DNA of 64,000 bases from an uncultured Gammaproteobacteria bacterium (GTDB lineage Bacteria > Pseudomonadota > Gammaproteobacteria > UBA9214): contig CAVVHS010000006.1 of NCBI GenBank assembly GCA_963748215.1, positions 416,001 through 480,000 of the forward strand, given 5' to 3'. This document shows positions 10,942 to 21,258 of the stretch, piece by piece. Under the pieces are notes generated by a model. The model made no database searches, was not told where the DNA came from, and worked only from the letters and a program-made list of their open reading frames with translations. Numbering within the stretch: position 1 is the stretch's first letter; each line of letters starts with the position of its first letter. The position numbers were made by a program, and so were the translations under genes.

Positions 10942-12747
10942 TCAGTGTCCCTCGTACATGCGCTCGACCGTTTCGGAGAAGTGCTCCAGTATGCGGTTGC
11001 GCTTGAGCTTGAGCGTCGGGGTGATCAGCCCGTTGTCGATGGTCCAGGGATCCAGTGTGCAGCTGACGCGGTAGATCTGCGCATAGCCCGGGAAGGCGGT
11101 CAGCAGGCCCTTGAGTCGTTCGCACACGGCCTGCTCGAGGATCGGGTCATTGATCGATTCCGATGCGTGCGGATCGAGCCCGAGCCCGGCCGCGAACAGT
11201 TTCCACTGCTCCGGTTCAAGAACGATGAGGGTGGTGAGGAAGGGGCGGTTGTCACCGATCACCAGTACCTGCTCGAACAGCGGATCGAGGGCAATGGCCA
11301 TTTCCATATCGGCGGGTGGCACCTTTTCGCCGTTGGCAAGCACAATGATTTCCTTCAGCCGGCCGGTGATGTAGACATGATTATTCTCGATCCTGACCTT
11401 GTCACCGGTGTGAAACCAGCCCTCGCTGTCGATTACCTGGCCGGTTGCCTCCGGGTTGTCCCAGTACCCCAGCATGATGCTGGGGCCGCGTGCGATCAAT
11501 TCATCGTTGTCCGTGACCTTCAATTCCATGCCGCGCAGCGCAACCCCCACGCTCTTCGGGTCGTTGTCACCAGGCGGGTTGGCGGTGAGGATCGGACTGG
11601 TCTCGGTCAGGCCGTAGCCCTGAACCAGTTGCAGGCCAAGCCCGATGAACACCTTGGCAACCTGCGGCGATAGCGGCGCGCCGCCGGCGGTGGCGAGGCG
11701 CATGCGTCCACCGAGCTTGGCCATGATCTTGCCGGCTACCAGTTTGTCGAGCAATGGCCAGAGCAGAAACGACGGGCGCCAGCCAGCACGTCCTTGCTGG
11801 TATTCAAAGCGTGCCCAGCCGACTTCGACGGCGGCATTGAACAGCCGTCCGGCGATGGGTGATTTTTCCGCCAGCCCGGCCTGCACCTTGTTGTAAACGC
11901 GCTCGTAGATGCGTGGCACCGCGTTCATCAGGGTTGGCCTGACAGTTAACAGGTCCTCGCCCAGTTGCGGGATGGAACGGGCGTAGGCAATGGTCGCACC
12001 GACCATCATCGGCAGGTAGTAGCCGACCGTGCGTTCGAAGGTGTGCGACAGTGGCAGGAAAGAGATCAACAGGTCTTCGGGTTGTACCTCTACGATCTCG
12101 AGGGCGCGGTCACAATTGAACAGGATATTCCAGTGACTCAGCATGACGCCCTTGGGTCGGCCGGTGGTGCCCGAGGTATAGACGATGGTGGCGAGTTCGT
12201 TCGGGTCACCGTCGTTGCTGAGCAGATCGCCGCCATTCCCGGGAAGCCAGTCTGCTATCGTGCGCACACGTGTTTCGTGTTCCGGCACCTGTACCGGTTC
12301 CAGCGTCAGGATGCGTTGCAATCCATCCAGGTTACCAAGTACGGTGCGGATGCCGGCCCAGTGTTCCTCACCCTGCAGAAACAGTAGCTTGCTCCCGGAG
12401 TTGTTGAGGATGTAGGCGGCGTTGTCAGGACGGTCATCGGTGTACAACGGTATTACCACCAGTCCGCAACCGAGTGCGGCCTGGTCGAAAGCGACCCATT
12501 CCCGGCAGTTGCGCATGAGTATGGCGACACGGTCACCATGTGCCAGCCCCTCGGCCGTAAAGGCAGCCTGCCAGCGCGCAACCTCGTGTCCCATGTCGGC
12601 CCAGGTGTAATCGTGCCATTGCCGGTCGCTGTCGCTGAACTGGCGGTAGGCAACCTTGCCGGGTGTCAGGCGTACCCGCTCGCGAAACAGACCGGCCAGT
12701 GTCCGCGCGGTTTCTGCCGGAATCTTGCCCGTTGATGTGCCCTGCAT
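10942..12747 (-). CDS. Long-chain fatty acid--CoA ligase (AMP-dependent)
   Basis: YTSGTTGRPKG, FLPLSH, QGYGLTE, GWFHTGD, TPTLKLKR. Confidence 0.93.
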   Translation of the reverse strand: MQGTSTGKIPAETARTLAGLFRERVRLTPGKVAYRQFSDSDRQWHDYTWADMGHEVARWQAAFTAEGLAHGDRVAILMRNCREWVAFDQAALGCGLVVIPLYTDDRPDNAAYILNNSGSKLLFLQGEEHWAGIRTVLGNLDGLQRILTLEPVQVPEHETRVRTIADWLPGNGGDLLSNDGDPNELATIVYTSGTTGRPKGVMLSHWNILFNCDRALEIVEVQPEDLLISFLPLSHTFERTVGYYLPMMVGATIAYARSIPQLGEDLLTVRPTLMNAVPRIYERVYNKVQAGLAEKSPIAGRLFNAAVEVGWARFEYQQGRAGWRPSFLLWPLLDKLVAGKIMAKLGGRMRLATAGGAPLSPQVAKVFIGLGLQLVQGYGLTETSPILTANPPGDNDPKSVGVALRGMELKVTDNDELIARGPSIMLGYWDNPEATGQVIDSEGWFHTGDKVRIENNHVYITGRLKEIIVLANGEKVPPADMEMAIALDPLFEQVLVIGDNRPFLTTLIVLEPEQWKLFAAGLGLDPHASESINDPILEQAVCERLKGLLTAFPGYAQIYRVSCTLDPWTIDNGLITPTLKLKRNRILEHFSETVERMYEGH

Positions 12748-12758
12748 AGTTGCTTCCC

Positions 12759-14802
12759 CTAGGATTCGAAGAGATGTTCCCAGCCGGCGTCGGGTGCGAA
12801 ACGCTCGCCCCGGAGCTTGTACAGATCGCGCAGTTGTCTGAGCAGGATATCCCTGCCTGCAGCGTCTATATAGTTGAGCGGCCCGCCGCGGAACGGCGCG
12901 AAGCCGGTGCCGAATACCATGCCGGCGTCGAGCAGGTCCGCTTCCGCGACGACCTGCTCGCGCAGGCAGCTGACTGCTTCGTTCAGCAGGCGAAGGATGA
13001 GGCGGCTGGTTATTTCCTCCATGTTCCAGGAACCTTCGCCATGCTTCGGTTTGATCGCCTTGCCATTCTTCCAGTGGTAGAAGCCCTGCCCGGATTTTTT
13101 GCCGAGGTGGCCGTCGGCGACCAGTTTGCTGAGATTCTGTGGAACCGATTCGTGAAAATGGCCGGCGAGTATTTTCGCAACATGCAGGCAGATGTCGAGC
13201 CCGACGGTATCGCCCAGCTCGACCGGTCCCATCGGCATGCCGAAGGTGGTCGCGGCCTTGTCAATCAGTACCGGTGGTACACCTTCCTCGGACAAGCTCG
13301 ACCGCTTCCATCAGGTAGGGCATGAGGATGCGGTTGATCAGAAAGCCGGGTGTGCTGTTGACTGGCAGGGGCAGCCGGTCGATGTGGCGCGTGAAGGTCA
13401 TGGCCTGTGAGCTGACTTCGGGCGCGGTGGATGCGCCGTTGACGATTTCGACCAGCATCATCTTCGACACCGGGTTGAAGAAGTGCAGCCCGACCAGGCG
13501 CCCGGGTTGTTTCAATGCCGGTGTCAGTTCTTCCAGCGGGATGCTCGAGGTATTGGTGGCGAGGATGGCGCTGGCCTTCATGCGCGGCTCAATAGTCTCG
13601 TATAAAGAACGCTTTACCCCGGCATCTTCAAAAATTGCTTCAATAATAATATCGGCCCGTTCCACGCCCTGCGCCTTGTGGTCCGGCATCAGCCGGTCCA
13701 TTGCCGCGCGTACCTGTTCGGGCTTTTTGAGCTTTTTCGCAAACAGCTTGTGCGCACGTGCGATGGCCGGCGCGATGCGTTCCGGCGCCTGGTCCTGCAG
13801 CGAGACGTGAAAGCCGCGCAGCGCGCACCATGCCGCGATGTCTCCACCCATGGTGCCGGCGCCGATTACGTGTACGTTGCGCGGCTGGTAGGTCTTGTCC
13901 TTGCCCAGTGACTTCAGGTGTTCCTGCAGGAAGAACACGCGCACCAGGTTCTTCGCCGTCGCACCGGTAACGAGCTGCGCCAGCGACTGTGCCTCGGCGC
14001 GCAGCATGGCCGGCTTGTTATTGGCGTGTTTGCGCCAAACATCGATCATGGCGTAGGGGGCAGGGTAGTGCAGCCGCGAGGCTCGCCTGGCGACCTGCTT
14101 GCGCATCACGCCGGCCAGCAGCGGGCGAACCAGCGCATGGTTGGTCAGGCGGTCGATGAACCCGGGACGGCAAGGTGGCGGTGCTTCCACAACCAGCTTG
14201 CGTGCCGCACCGCGCAGGTGGCGTTCCGGTACCACCAGGTCGACGAAACCCATGCGCCGGCCGCTGCGGCCGTCGACCGTGCGACCGCTCAGGATCAGGT
14301 CCATGGCCTTGATGGCACCGATCAAGGGTACGAGTCGTGCGCTGCCGCCCCAGCCAGGATGGATGCCGAGACGCACCTCGGGCAGGCCGAGGCGGGTGCC
14401 GGGATCGTCGCGCGTGACGCGGTAGCGGCAGGCCAGCGCAAGTTCCATACCACCGCCGAGACAGAAACCATGGATCATCGCAACGGTCGGGAAAGGCAGT
14501 GCCTCGAGCCGGTTGAACACATCCTGACCGGTGTTGAGCAGGTCCAGGGCCTGCTGTTCCGTGGTGACCCGGGTAAAGGAGGTGATATCTGCGCCGGCGA
14601 TGAAGCCATTGGACTTGGCGGACAGGATAACCAGGCCGCGCGGGCGCCTCGTGGCGATGTCCTGCAGGTGCCGGTCAAGTTGCGCGAACACATCCAGGCT
14701 GAGTACGTTGGTGCCCGTATCGGCCTTGTCGAAGGTCAGCCAGGCGATGTTGTCGGCGTCGATCTCGAGCGTGAAATGTTCCTGAGCGGTGCTGTCGGTC
14801 AT
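12759..14802 (-). CDS. Fatty-acid oxidation multifunctional enzyme (enoyl-CoA hydratase/3-hydroxyacyl-CoA dehydrogenase, FadJ-like), split by a +1 frameshift near 13290
   Basis: CLGGGMELAL, LPEVRLG, GAGTMG, LHFFNP, PGFLINRIL in ORF 13261-14802; EEGVPPVLID...GMPMGP..GFAPFRGGP in ORF 12759-13295; removing one C in GTC-C-GAG joins them. Confidence 0.88.
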
Positions 14803-14916
14803 GGGTTGTGTTCCGTGTCGTTGATCTGCCGGGATGCAGGTAACCGCTTACGAGGATAATCGGATCGTGCGTGCACGCCATGGTGCGCGTAAACTGCTTC
14901 TGCTCGCCGTGACATC

Positions 14917-16221
14917 CTATGTCCGCTCGATCAGCAGGGCGCCACCCTGACCGCCGCCGATGCAGATGCTCGCCATGCCGCGCCTGGCGTTGTTCCGTTC
15001 GAGTGTCTTCAGCAAATGCAGCACGATGCGCGCACCACTGGTGCCGACCGGGTGACCGACCGCCACGCCACCGCCGTCGACATTGAGGCGTTCCTCGTCG
15101 ATGGATGTAAACGGGGTGTCACGACCAAGCTGGTCGCGGCAGAATTCCGCATCAGTCCAGGCGGCGAGACAGGCGAGGACCTGTGCGGCAAACGCCTCGT
15201 TGATCTCGATGTAATCGAGGTCAGGGGTGTCGAGCTCGTTGCGCTGCATGATCGGCGCCATGGCATAGCAGGGGCCGAGGCCCATCTGGGCAGGGTCCAG
15301 GCCCGCCCATTCGCTGTCGATCAGTCTGCCCATCACCTTCAGGTTGTGTTTCCCGATGGCTTCTTCCGAGGCGAGCAGGAGCCAGGCGGCGCCGTCGGTG
15401 ATCTGTGCGCTGTTGCCGGCGGTGACGTTCCCGACCGGCCGGTCGAACACGGGCCTCAGTTTGGCGAGCTTTTCCATGCTGCTGTCGGCGCGCACGCCGT
15501 CATCGTGGTTGTAGATCTTGCCCATGCTGTCGTAGAGGACCTCGATTTCATCGAGACGTCCCGCCTTGTGTGCGGCATCGAGACGCAGGTGACTGCGCAT
15601 GGCGAAGCTGTCCATCATTTCGCGCGTCACAGCGAAGCGGTGTGCGAGGATTTCCGCGGTTTGACCCATCGAGAGGCCGACTACCGGGTCGGTCAGTCCG
15701 CGCAGTAATGCGATAACCGGTTTGAAGTGGCCGGGACGCAGCCGGCCCAGCAGCTTCAGCCACGCGCCCGTCGTGCGTGCACCGGCCATGTCGGCGAGCC
15801 AGTGCACCATGGTTTCGTTGTAGAGTACCGGCGCGCGGCTCATGGACTCGGTCCCGCCGGCCAGCACCAGGTCGGAACGGCCGCTGGCGATATTCTGTGC
15901 AGCGGAGTCGATGGATTGCAGGCCCGAGGCGCAGTTGCGCTGCACGGTCCATGCCGGTACGCGATCGCCGCAGCCCAGACGGAGTGCGACGACACGGCCG
16001 ATGTTGGCCTCGTCCGGGCTCGGCATCATGCAGCCGAGGATGACCTCGTCGAGTGAATCCGGCGCGAAGGGCTGACGCGCCAGCAACGGCTGGCCTGCGG
16101 CGACCGCCAGGTCCGATGCTGCGAAGGGGCCGGGCCTGCCGCGTGCCTTCAGAAAGGGTGTACGGCTGCCATCGACTACATAGACCGGCCGGCCACCCCA
16201 TCCAGTTTGCTGTCGCCCCAT
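14917..16221 (-). CDS. Acetyl-CoA C-acyltransferase (thiolase, FadI/FadA-like)
   Basis: RTPF, NCASG, GNSAQITDGA, NEAFA, GHPVG, CIGGGQG. Confidence 0.93.
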   Translation of the reverse strand: MGRQQTGWGGRPVYVVDGSRTPFLKARGRPGPFAASDLAVAAGQPLLARQPFAPDSLDEVILGCMMPSPDEANIGRVVALRLGCGDRVPAWTVQRNCASGLQSIDSAAQNIASGRSDLVLAGGTESMSRAPVLYNETMVHWLADMAGARTTGAWLKLLGRLRPGHFKPVIALLRGLTDPVVGLSMGQTAEILAHRFAVTREMMDSFAMRSHLRLDAAHKAGRLDEIEVLYDSMGKIYNHDDGVRADSSMEKLAKLRPVFDRPVGNVTAGNSAQITDGAAWLLLASEEAIGKHNLKVMGRLIDSEWAGLDPAQMGLGPCYAMAPIMQRNELDTPDLDYIEINEAFAAQVLACLAAWTDAEFCRDQLGRDTPFTSIDEERLNVDGGGVAVGHPVGTSGARIVLHLLKTLERNNARRGMASICIGGGQGGALLIERT

Positions 16222-18650
16222 GTCTTCTGCTCCTTGGTGAAATATTCAGGTTCGAAATCGTCGACCTGTATGACAACCCTGCGTGCGGCGATGGCGGCGC
16301 GAATGGCATTCGCCTCGACCTCGGTGATTACACCCGCCGTCAGCCCGGCGTCGAGAGATGATTCCGGGTCGCCACGCGCGATCTTTCCGTTCTTCATGGC
16401 GATACGCAACTTGTGCAGCAGAGGTTCGGCGGCTGCGGCCTTCAGCAGCGCCATATCGAGCTGTGCAACCGGGTCCCTGTCGTCATCCGGAATATACACG
16501 CCTTCGGTAAGACGATCACGTAGCGCACCGGGTTGCATCAGGATATCGGCCACACGCTGGCTGAGTGCGTCGTCGGGGCGCTGATACGATTTGCCCAGCG
16601 GGAATGTCAGCAGGCGCGCGACGCGGGCCAGGAAACGGTTGGGGAGGTTGTTCAGTACCTCGAACAGGCGCAGCTGGATATTGTAGAGCAGGTCCCGGCA
16701 GGCCCATTCAAGCAGCGGCAGTTCGTCATCAGGTGAGCCGTTGTCGTAGTGATGCTTCAGGACGGCGCTGCCGAGGTAGAGGTAGCTCAGTACATCACCG
16801 AGCCGTCCCGAGATCGATTCCTTGCGTTTGAGACCTCCGCCCAGCGTCATCAGCGTAATCTCGGTGATGACGGCAAATGCCAGGCTCATGCGGTTGAACT
16901 GGCGGTAGAAGTGACCACGCAGTCCGTGCTGTGGTGCATGCAGCAGGCGACCGCAGCTGATGTTGTGGAAGAGGCTGCGGCTGAAATTGCTCATGACGTG
17001 GCTGCCATGCCCCAGCAATGCACTGTCGAAGGCGACGACGTCATTGTTGGCGGACGCTTCCATTTCCCGGAACAGGAACGGGTGACAGCGGATTGCGCCC
17101 TGACCGAAAATAATGAGGTTGCGGGTGAGGATGTTGGCGCCTTCCACAGTAATGGCGATCGGCAATGCCTGGTAGGAACGGGCGATGAAGTTGCTCGGCC
17201 CCATGCTGATGCCGCGACCGCCGAGGATGTCCATGCCGTCGTTCATGACGATACGCATGCGCTCGGTCAGGTGGTACTTGATGATTGCCGAGGCGACAGA
17301 CGGTTCCTCGCCACTGTCGAGTGCGGCGGTGGTGAAACCGCGTGCGCCGTTCATGATGTAACTCAGACCGCCGATGCGCGCCAGCACTTCGCTGACGCCC
17401 TCGAACTTGCCGATGGGTACCTTGAACTGCTTGCGCACGGCGGCGTAGGCGCCGACGGTGCGGCAGACCAGTTTGCCCGCGGCGGTACTGAGTGCCGGCA
17501 ACGAGATGGCGCGCCCGTCCGACAGGCAGTTCATCAGCATGCGCCAGCCCTGGCCCACGTAGTCCTGGCCGCCGATTACCCAGTCCATCGGAATGAACAC
17601 GTCCTTGCCACGGTTCGGCCCGTTCATGAAGGCCTGGCTCATCGGGTAGTGACGGTTGCCGATCTCGACGCCGGGGGTGTCGGTAGGAATCAGCGCCAGG
17701 GTGATGCCGACATCTTCCTGCTCGCCGAGCAGGTGCTCGGGATCGTGTAACTGGAAGGCTAGGCCAAGCAGGGTGGCGACCGGTCCCAGCGTGATATAAC
17801 GTTTCTCCCAGTTCAGGCGGATGCCAAGTACGTCGTCCTTGCCATCGAATTGCTGCCGGCACACGACGCCGGTGTCCGGCATCGAGGCAGCGTCACTGCC
17901 GGCCTCGGGACCGGTCAGCGCGAAGCAGGGGATTTCCAGGCCTTTCGCAAGTCGCGGCAGATAGTGCTTCTTCTGTTGTTCGGTGCCGTAGGACAGCAGC
18001 AGCTTGGCCGGGCCGAGCGAATTCGGCACCATCACGGTGACGCCGGCCGAGATGCTGCGGCTGGCGACCTTCATGACGATGGCGGAATGGGCATTCGCGG
18101 AAAACTCCAGGCCGCCGTATTGTTTCGGAATGATCATGCCGAAGAAGCCGTTGTCCTTGAGGTAATCCCAGGTTTCCTCGGTCAGGTCGTGGCGATCCTC
18201 GGTGATGTCCCAGTCACTGATCATGGCGCAGAGCTGATCGGCCGGGCCGTCGAGAAAGGCCTGCTCCTCCTTCGACAGCGCCGGGGCCTTGTAGCCCAGC
18301 ATGCGGTGCCAGTCAGGCTGGCCGCTGAACAGTTCGGCCTCCCACCAGACAGTCCCCGCTTCCAGTGCCTCGCGCTCGGTGTCGGACATGCCGGGCATGA
18401 TCTTGCGGTACAGTGACAGCAGTGGCCGCATGACGAGGGCATGGCGCAGTGGCGTGATCACCAGCAGTGCGGCAAGCGGGACGAACACGATCCAGGCGGC
18501 CGTTGCCAGTGCGAACGGCGGGCTGTGCACCAGGTTCCAGTAGACGAGGAGGGCGCCAATGGCCACTACCCAGAGGTGGCGTGATGCGTTGCGCGCCAGC
18601 AGCAGACTCGCGACGATCAGTACGACGAGTAATTCGGTCATCCACACCAT
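16176..18650 (-). CDS. fadE: Acyl-CoA dehydrogenase FadE
   Basis: N-terminal TMs, EREALEAGTVWWE, VPNSLGP, TVEGANILTR, C-terminal domain of FadE type; start ATG 18650 chosen. Confidence 0.92.
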   Translation of the reverse strand: MVWMTELLVVLIVASLLLARNASRHLWVVAIGALLVYWNLVHSPPFALATAAWIVFVPLAALLVITPLRHALVMRPLLSLYRKIMPGMSDTEREALEAGTVWWEAELFSGQPDWHRMLGYKAPALSKEEQAFLDGPADQLCAMISDWDITEDRHDLTEETWDYLKDNGFFGMIIPKQYGGLEFSANAHSAIVMKVASRSISAGVTVMVPNSLGPAKLLLSYGTEQQKKHYLPRLAKGLEIPCFALTGPEAGSDAASMPDTGVVCRQQFDGKDDVLGIRLNWEKRYITLGPVATLLGLAFQLHDPEHLLGEQEDVGITLALIPTDTPGVEIGNRHYPMSQAFMNGPNRGKDVFIPMDWVIGGQDYVGQGWRMLMNCLSDGRAISLPALSTAAGKLVCRTVGAYAAVRKQFKVPIGKFEGVSEVLARIGGLSYIMNGARGFTTAALDSGEEPSVASAIIKYHLTERMRIVMNDGMDILGGRGISMGPSNFIARSYQALPIAITVEGANILTRNLIIFGQGAIRCHPFLFREMEASANNDVVAFDSALLGHGSHVMSNFSRSLFHNISCGRLLHAPQHGLRGHFYRQFNRMSLAFAVITEITLMTLGGGLKRKESISGRLGDVLSYLYLGSAVLKHHYDNGSPDDELPLLEWACRDLLYNIQLRLFEVLNNLPNRFLARVARLLTFPLGKSYQRPDDALSQRVADILMQPGALRDRLTEGVYIPDDDRDPVAQLDMALLKAAAAEPLLHKLRIAMKNGKIARGDPESSLDAGLTAGVITEVEANAIRAAIAARRVVIQVDDFEPEYFTKEQKTWGDSKLDGVAGRSM

Positions 18651-18883
18651 GAAAGCTTTCCCTGGCGCATGCGCGCCTGAAGTGTTTGTCCAGATACTAC
18701 GAATATATATTAAAAACAGCAACTAAGAACTTAGACTCGAATAACAATTTCGAGTTGCATGACGCGATTTTCGAACGCTGTTTTAATCTGTAGAGGCTAT
18801 CGGCAGGGTATGTATGAATATGAGCAGCTGCCGGGTGGTGCAGGCGGTGCGACCGGGTCCCTGAGGGCGCTGCGGTTGGCCGA

Positions 18884-20005
18884 CTACTCATCCAGCAGGC
18901 GCAGTGCCGTAAGCAGCTTTTCGCGCGGCGTGTAAAAGTGCGGCGAGAAGCGCACGCCACCGCCGCGCAGCGCGCAGGCGACGTGGTGTTGCCTGAGCGT
19001 TTCGAAAAGTGTATCGGGAGATTCACGCAAGGGTTTGAAGGTGACGATGCCCGCATACCGGCCCGTCGTGCATGGCGTGATGATCTCGTAACGATCGCCG
19101 CGCTCAGCCAGGAATTCCAGCATGAAATGCGAATTCTCCAGCACGCACTGTTCGATCCGTTCGATGCCGGCGTCCAGGATCAGGTCAAGACTCGCATGCA
19201 GGGCATGGATACCGAGCATGTTCGGGCTGCCGCATTCGAAACGGCGCGCGTTGTGCGCCACGTCGCGGGATGGGCTGTCGAAGTTGAGCGGGTCTTTCAG
19301 CATATGCCAGCCATACTGTTTGAGAGCTATGCGGTCCATGATTTCCTGGCGACAGTAAAAAACCGCAAGTCCTTCCGGGGCCAGTAGCCACTTGTGGCCG
19401 TCAGCCATTACGAAATCGGCCTGGCACGCACGCACGTTGATGTCCTGGGCGCCGAGGCTCTGAATTGCATCCACGCAGAACAGGATGTTGCGCTCTCGAC
19501 ATGCGGCGCCGAGTTTTACGAGATCCAGTCGCAGCCCGGTCCCGTACTGCACGGAACTGACCGACAGCAAACGGGTGCGGCCGTCCATCCGCGCAATCAG
19601 CGCTGCTTCGGGTGAGTCGTCCCTGCTCAGGTCGGCCTGGTGCGTTGTCACGCCCAGCGTTTCGAGCGATTCCCATACCACGCGGTTCGACGGAAATTCG
19701 TGATTGCTGATGACCACGTTGTCCCCGGCGGCCCACGGCAGGCCCCAGGCCACGACCGACAGGGCCTCCGAGGTGTTTTTCAGTAACGCAATTTCATCCG
19801 ACGAGCGGGCATGCAGCAGCTGGCGCAGCTGTTCACGCAGCAGTGTCTCGGTATGCACCCAGTCCGGGTAGTTGCGCGATCCGTAGCTGCCGTTTTCTTC
19901 GGCGAAGGCGCTGACCGCCTCGACCGTGCGCTTTGGCCAGGGTGCCACGGCGGCATGATTCAGATAGATGACATCTTCATGCAGCTGAAATTCGGATTCG
20001 TACAT
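18884..20005 (-). CDS. Class V PLP-dependent aminotransferase (cysteine desulfurase-like)
   Basis: YLNHAAVAP, VDAIQSLG, DGHKWLL (PLP lysine), RFSPHFYT. Confidence 0.85.
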   Translation of the reverse strand: MYESEFQLHEDVIYLNHAAVAPWPKRTVEAVSAFAEENGSYGSRNYPDWVHTETLLREQLRQLLHARSSDEIALLKNTSEALSVVAWGLPWAAGDNVVISNHEFPSNRVVWESLETLGVTTHQADLSRDDSPEAALIARMDGRTRLLSVSSVQYGTGLRLDLVKLGAACRERNILFCVDAIQSLGAQDINVRACQADFVMADGHKWLLAPEGLAVFYCRQEIMDRIALKQYGWHMLKDPLNFDSPSRDVAHNARRFECGSPNMLGIHALHASLDLILDAGIERIEQCVLENSHFMLEFLAERGDRYEIITPCTTGRYAGIVTFKPLRESPDTLFETLRQHHVACALRGGGVRFSPHFYTPREKLLTALRLLDE

Positions 20006-20191
20006 GATGGCAATGGTGTTCCCGGTGTGGACTGTGCTTTCGCAGGTTACTGCGGTGCGCGAGAGGGCTGTTATTGCTTGCGCATACACGACAGGCGGGG
20101 TGGTCGGGGCAGCTCCACATTTCGCCTGTTACGGGTACAATGCACGCCATTCCCTGCCACGAGCCAACCCTAGCCAGAGCGTATAGTAAAA

Positions 20192-20746
20192 ATGACGTCC
20201 TGTCGTCCCGCGATCCGTATGCTGATGCTGGTAGTGCTGCTTGCTGCCGGCAAGGCAGTCGCTGCTGACGTGCACATACTGGTCGACACGACAGCCGGCA
20301 CGCTGTCGGTGCTGCAGGGCGAGAAGGTGCTCAGGGTCTTCGACGGTATCGCGGTCGGTCGCTACGGTGTCACTGATGCCAAAACACGCGGTGACAACAT
20401 GACCCCGCTGGGCTATTTCACCATCGGCTGGATCACTTCCAAAAGCCGCTACCACCGCTTCCTCGGGCTGAACTATCCCGATCTTGAATCTGCCTCAAGA
20501 GCATTCTTCAAAGGGTTGATTACAAAGGATGAATGGCTTGAAATCCGGCGCGCATCAAAGGCGGGGAGACGGCCACCCCAGAACACCCGGCTGGGTGGCC
20601 TGATCGGTATCCATGGCGTAGGGGCGGGGGACGCAACAGTCCACAGGGATTACAACTGGACCAATGGATGTGTGGCGCTGACCAACGAGGAAATCGATCA
20701 GCTGCTGGAGTGGGTGCAGGTCGGAACGCGGGTGGAAATACGCTAG
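20192..20746 (+). CDS. L,D-transpeptidase (YkuD) family protein
   Basis: Signal peptide, GDNMTPLG, LNYP, IGIHG...WTNGCVAL catalytic His/Cys. Confidence 0.88.
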   Translation: MTSCRPAIRMLMLVVLLAAGKAVAADVHILVDTTAGTLSVLQGEKVLRVFDGIAVGRYGVTDAKTRGDNMTPLGYFTIGWITSKSRYHRFLGLNYPDLESASRAFFKGLITKDEWLEIRRASKAGRRPPQNTRLGGLIGIHGVGAGDATVHRDYNWTNGCVALTNEEIDQLLEWVQVGTRVEIR

Positions 20747-20880
20747 CCAATGAGACGGATTTGTCGCTATATGGCGTCATTTCAAGTTGTTGCGGATTTC
20801 ATGTAGCATACGCCACAACCGCCGGCCAACAGGGTGGTTGGATGACTAACGCGTTTTTAATTTTCGAGCAGGAGAAAGGA

Positions 20881-21165
20881 ATGTCAGTCAATATTACGAG
20901 TCAAGTTCGCATGCAGGTCCTGGCTGTCCTGGCAGCCGTCATGGTTGGTCTGTCCGGCTGTGCCTCAACCGGCACCGCAGAGATGGCCGCCATGCAGTCC
21001 AAGGTTGATTCCGCCAGCGCAGATGCTGCGTCTGCCAAGGCGGATGCCGCGGCTGCCAAGGCACAGGCTGCCGAAGCACTGAAGACGGCCAACGAAGCCA
21101 AGGCAATCGCCGAAGACACCGAGACCAAGATTGACCGCATGTTCAAGAAGGCCATGCACAAGTAA
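20881..21165 (+). CDS. Lpp/OprI-family alanine-zipper lipoprotein
   Basis: RBS GGAGAAAGGA, lipobox LSGC, Ala-rich coiled coil, C-terminus KIDRMFKKAMHK. Confidence 0.88.
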   Translation: MSVNITSQVRMQVLAVLAAVMVGLSGCASTGTAEMAAMQSKVDSASADAASAKADAAAAKAQAAEALKTANEAKAIAEDTETKIDRMFKKAMHK

Positions 21166-21187
21166 TCAGCAATCTCATGCTGTATTC

Positions 21188-21218
21188 AACAAGGCCCCGC
21201 AAGGGGCCTTGTTTTTTT
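21188..21218. terminator. Intrinsic terminator between convergent genes
   Basis: AACAAGGCCCC-GCAA-GGGGCCTTGTT followed by T run. Confidence 0.85.
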
Positions 21219-21258
21219 GCACTCAACACTTGCGTCTTGTAACTGCAAGCGTGGCAGA

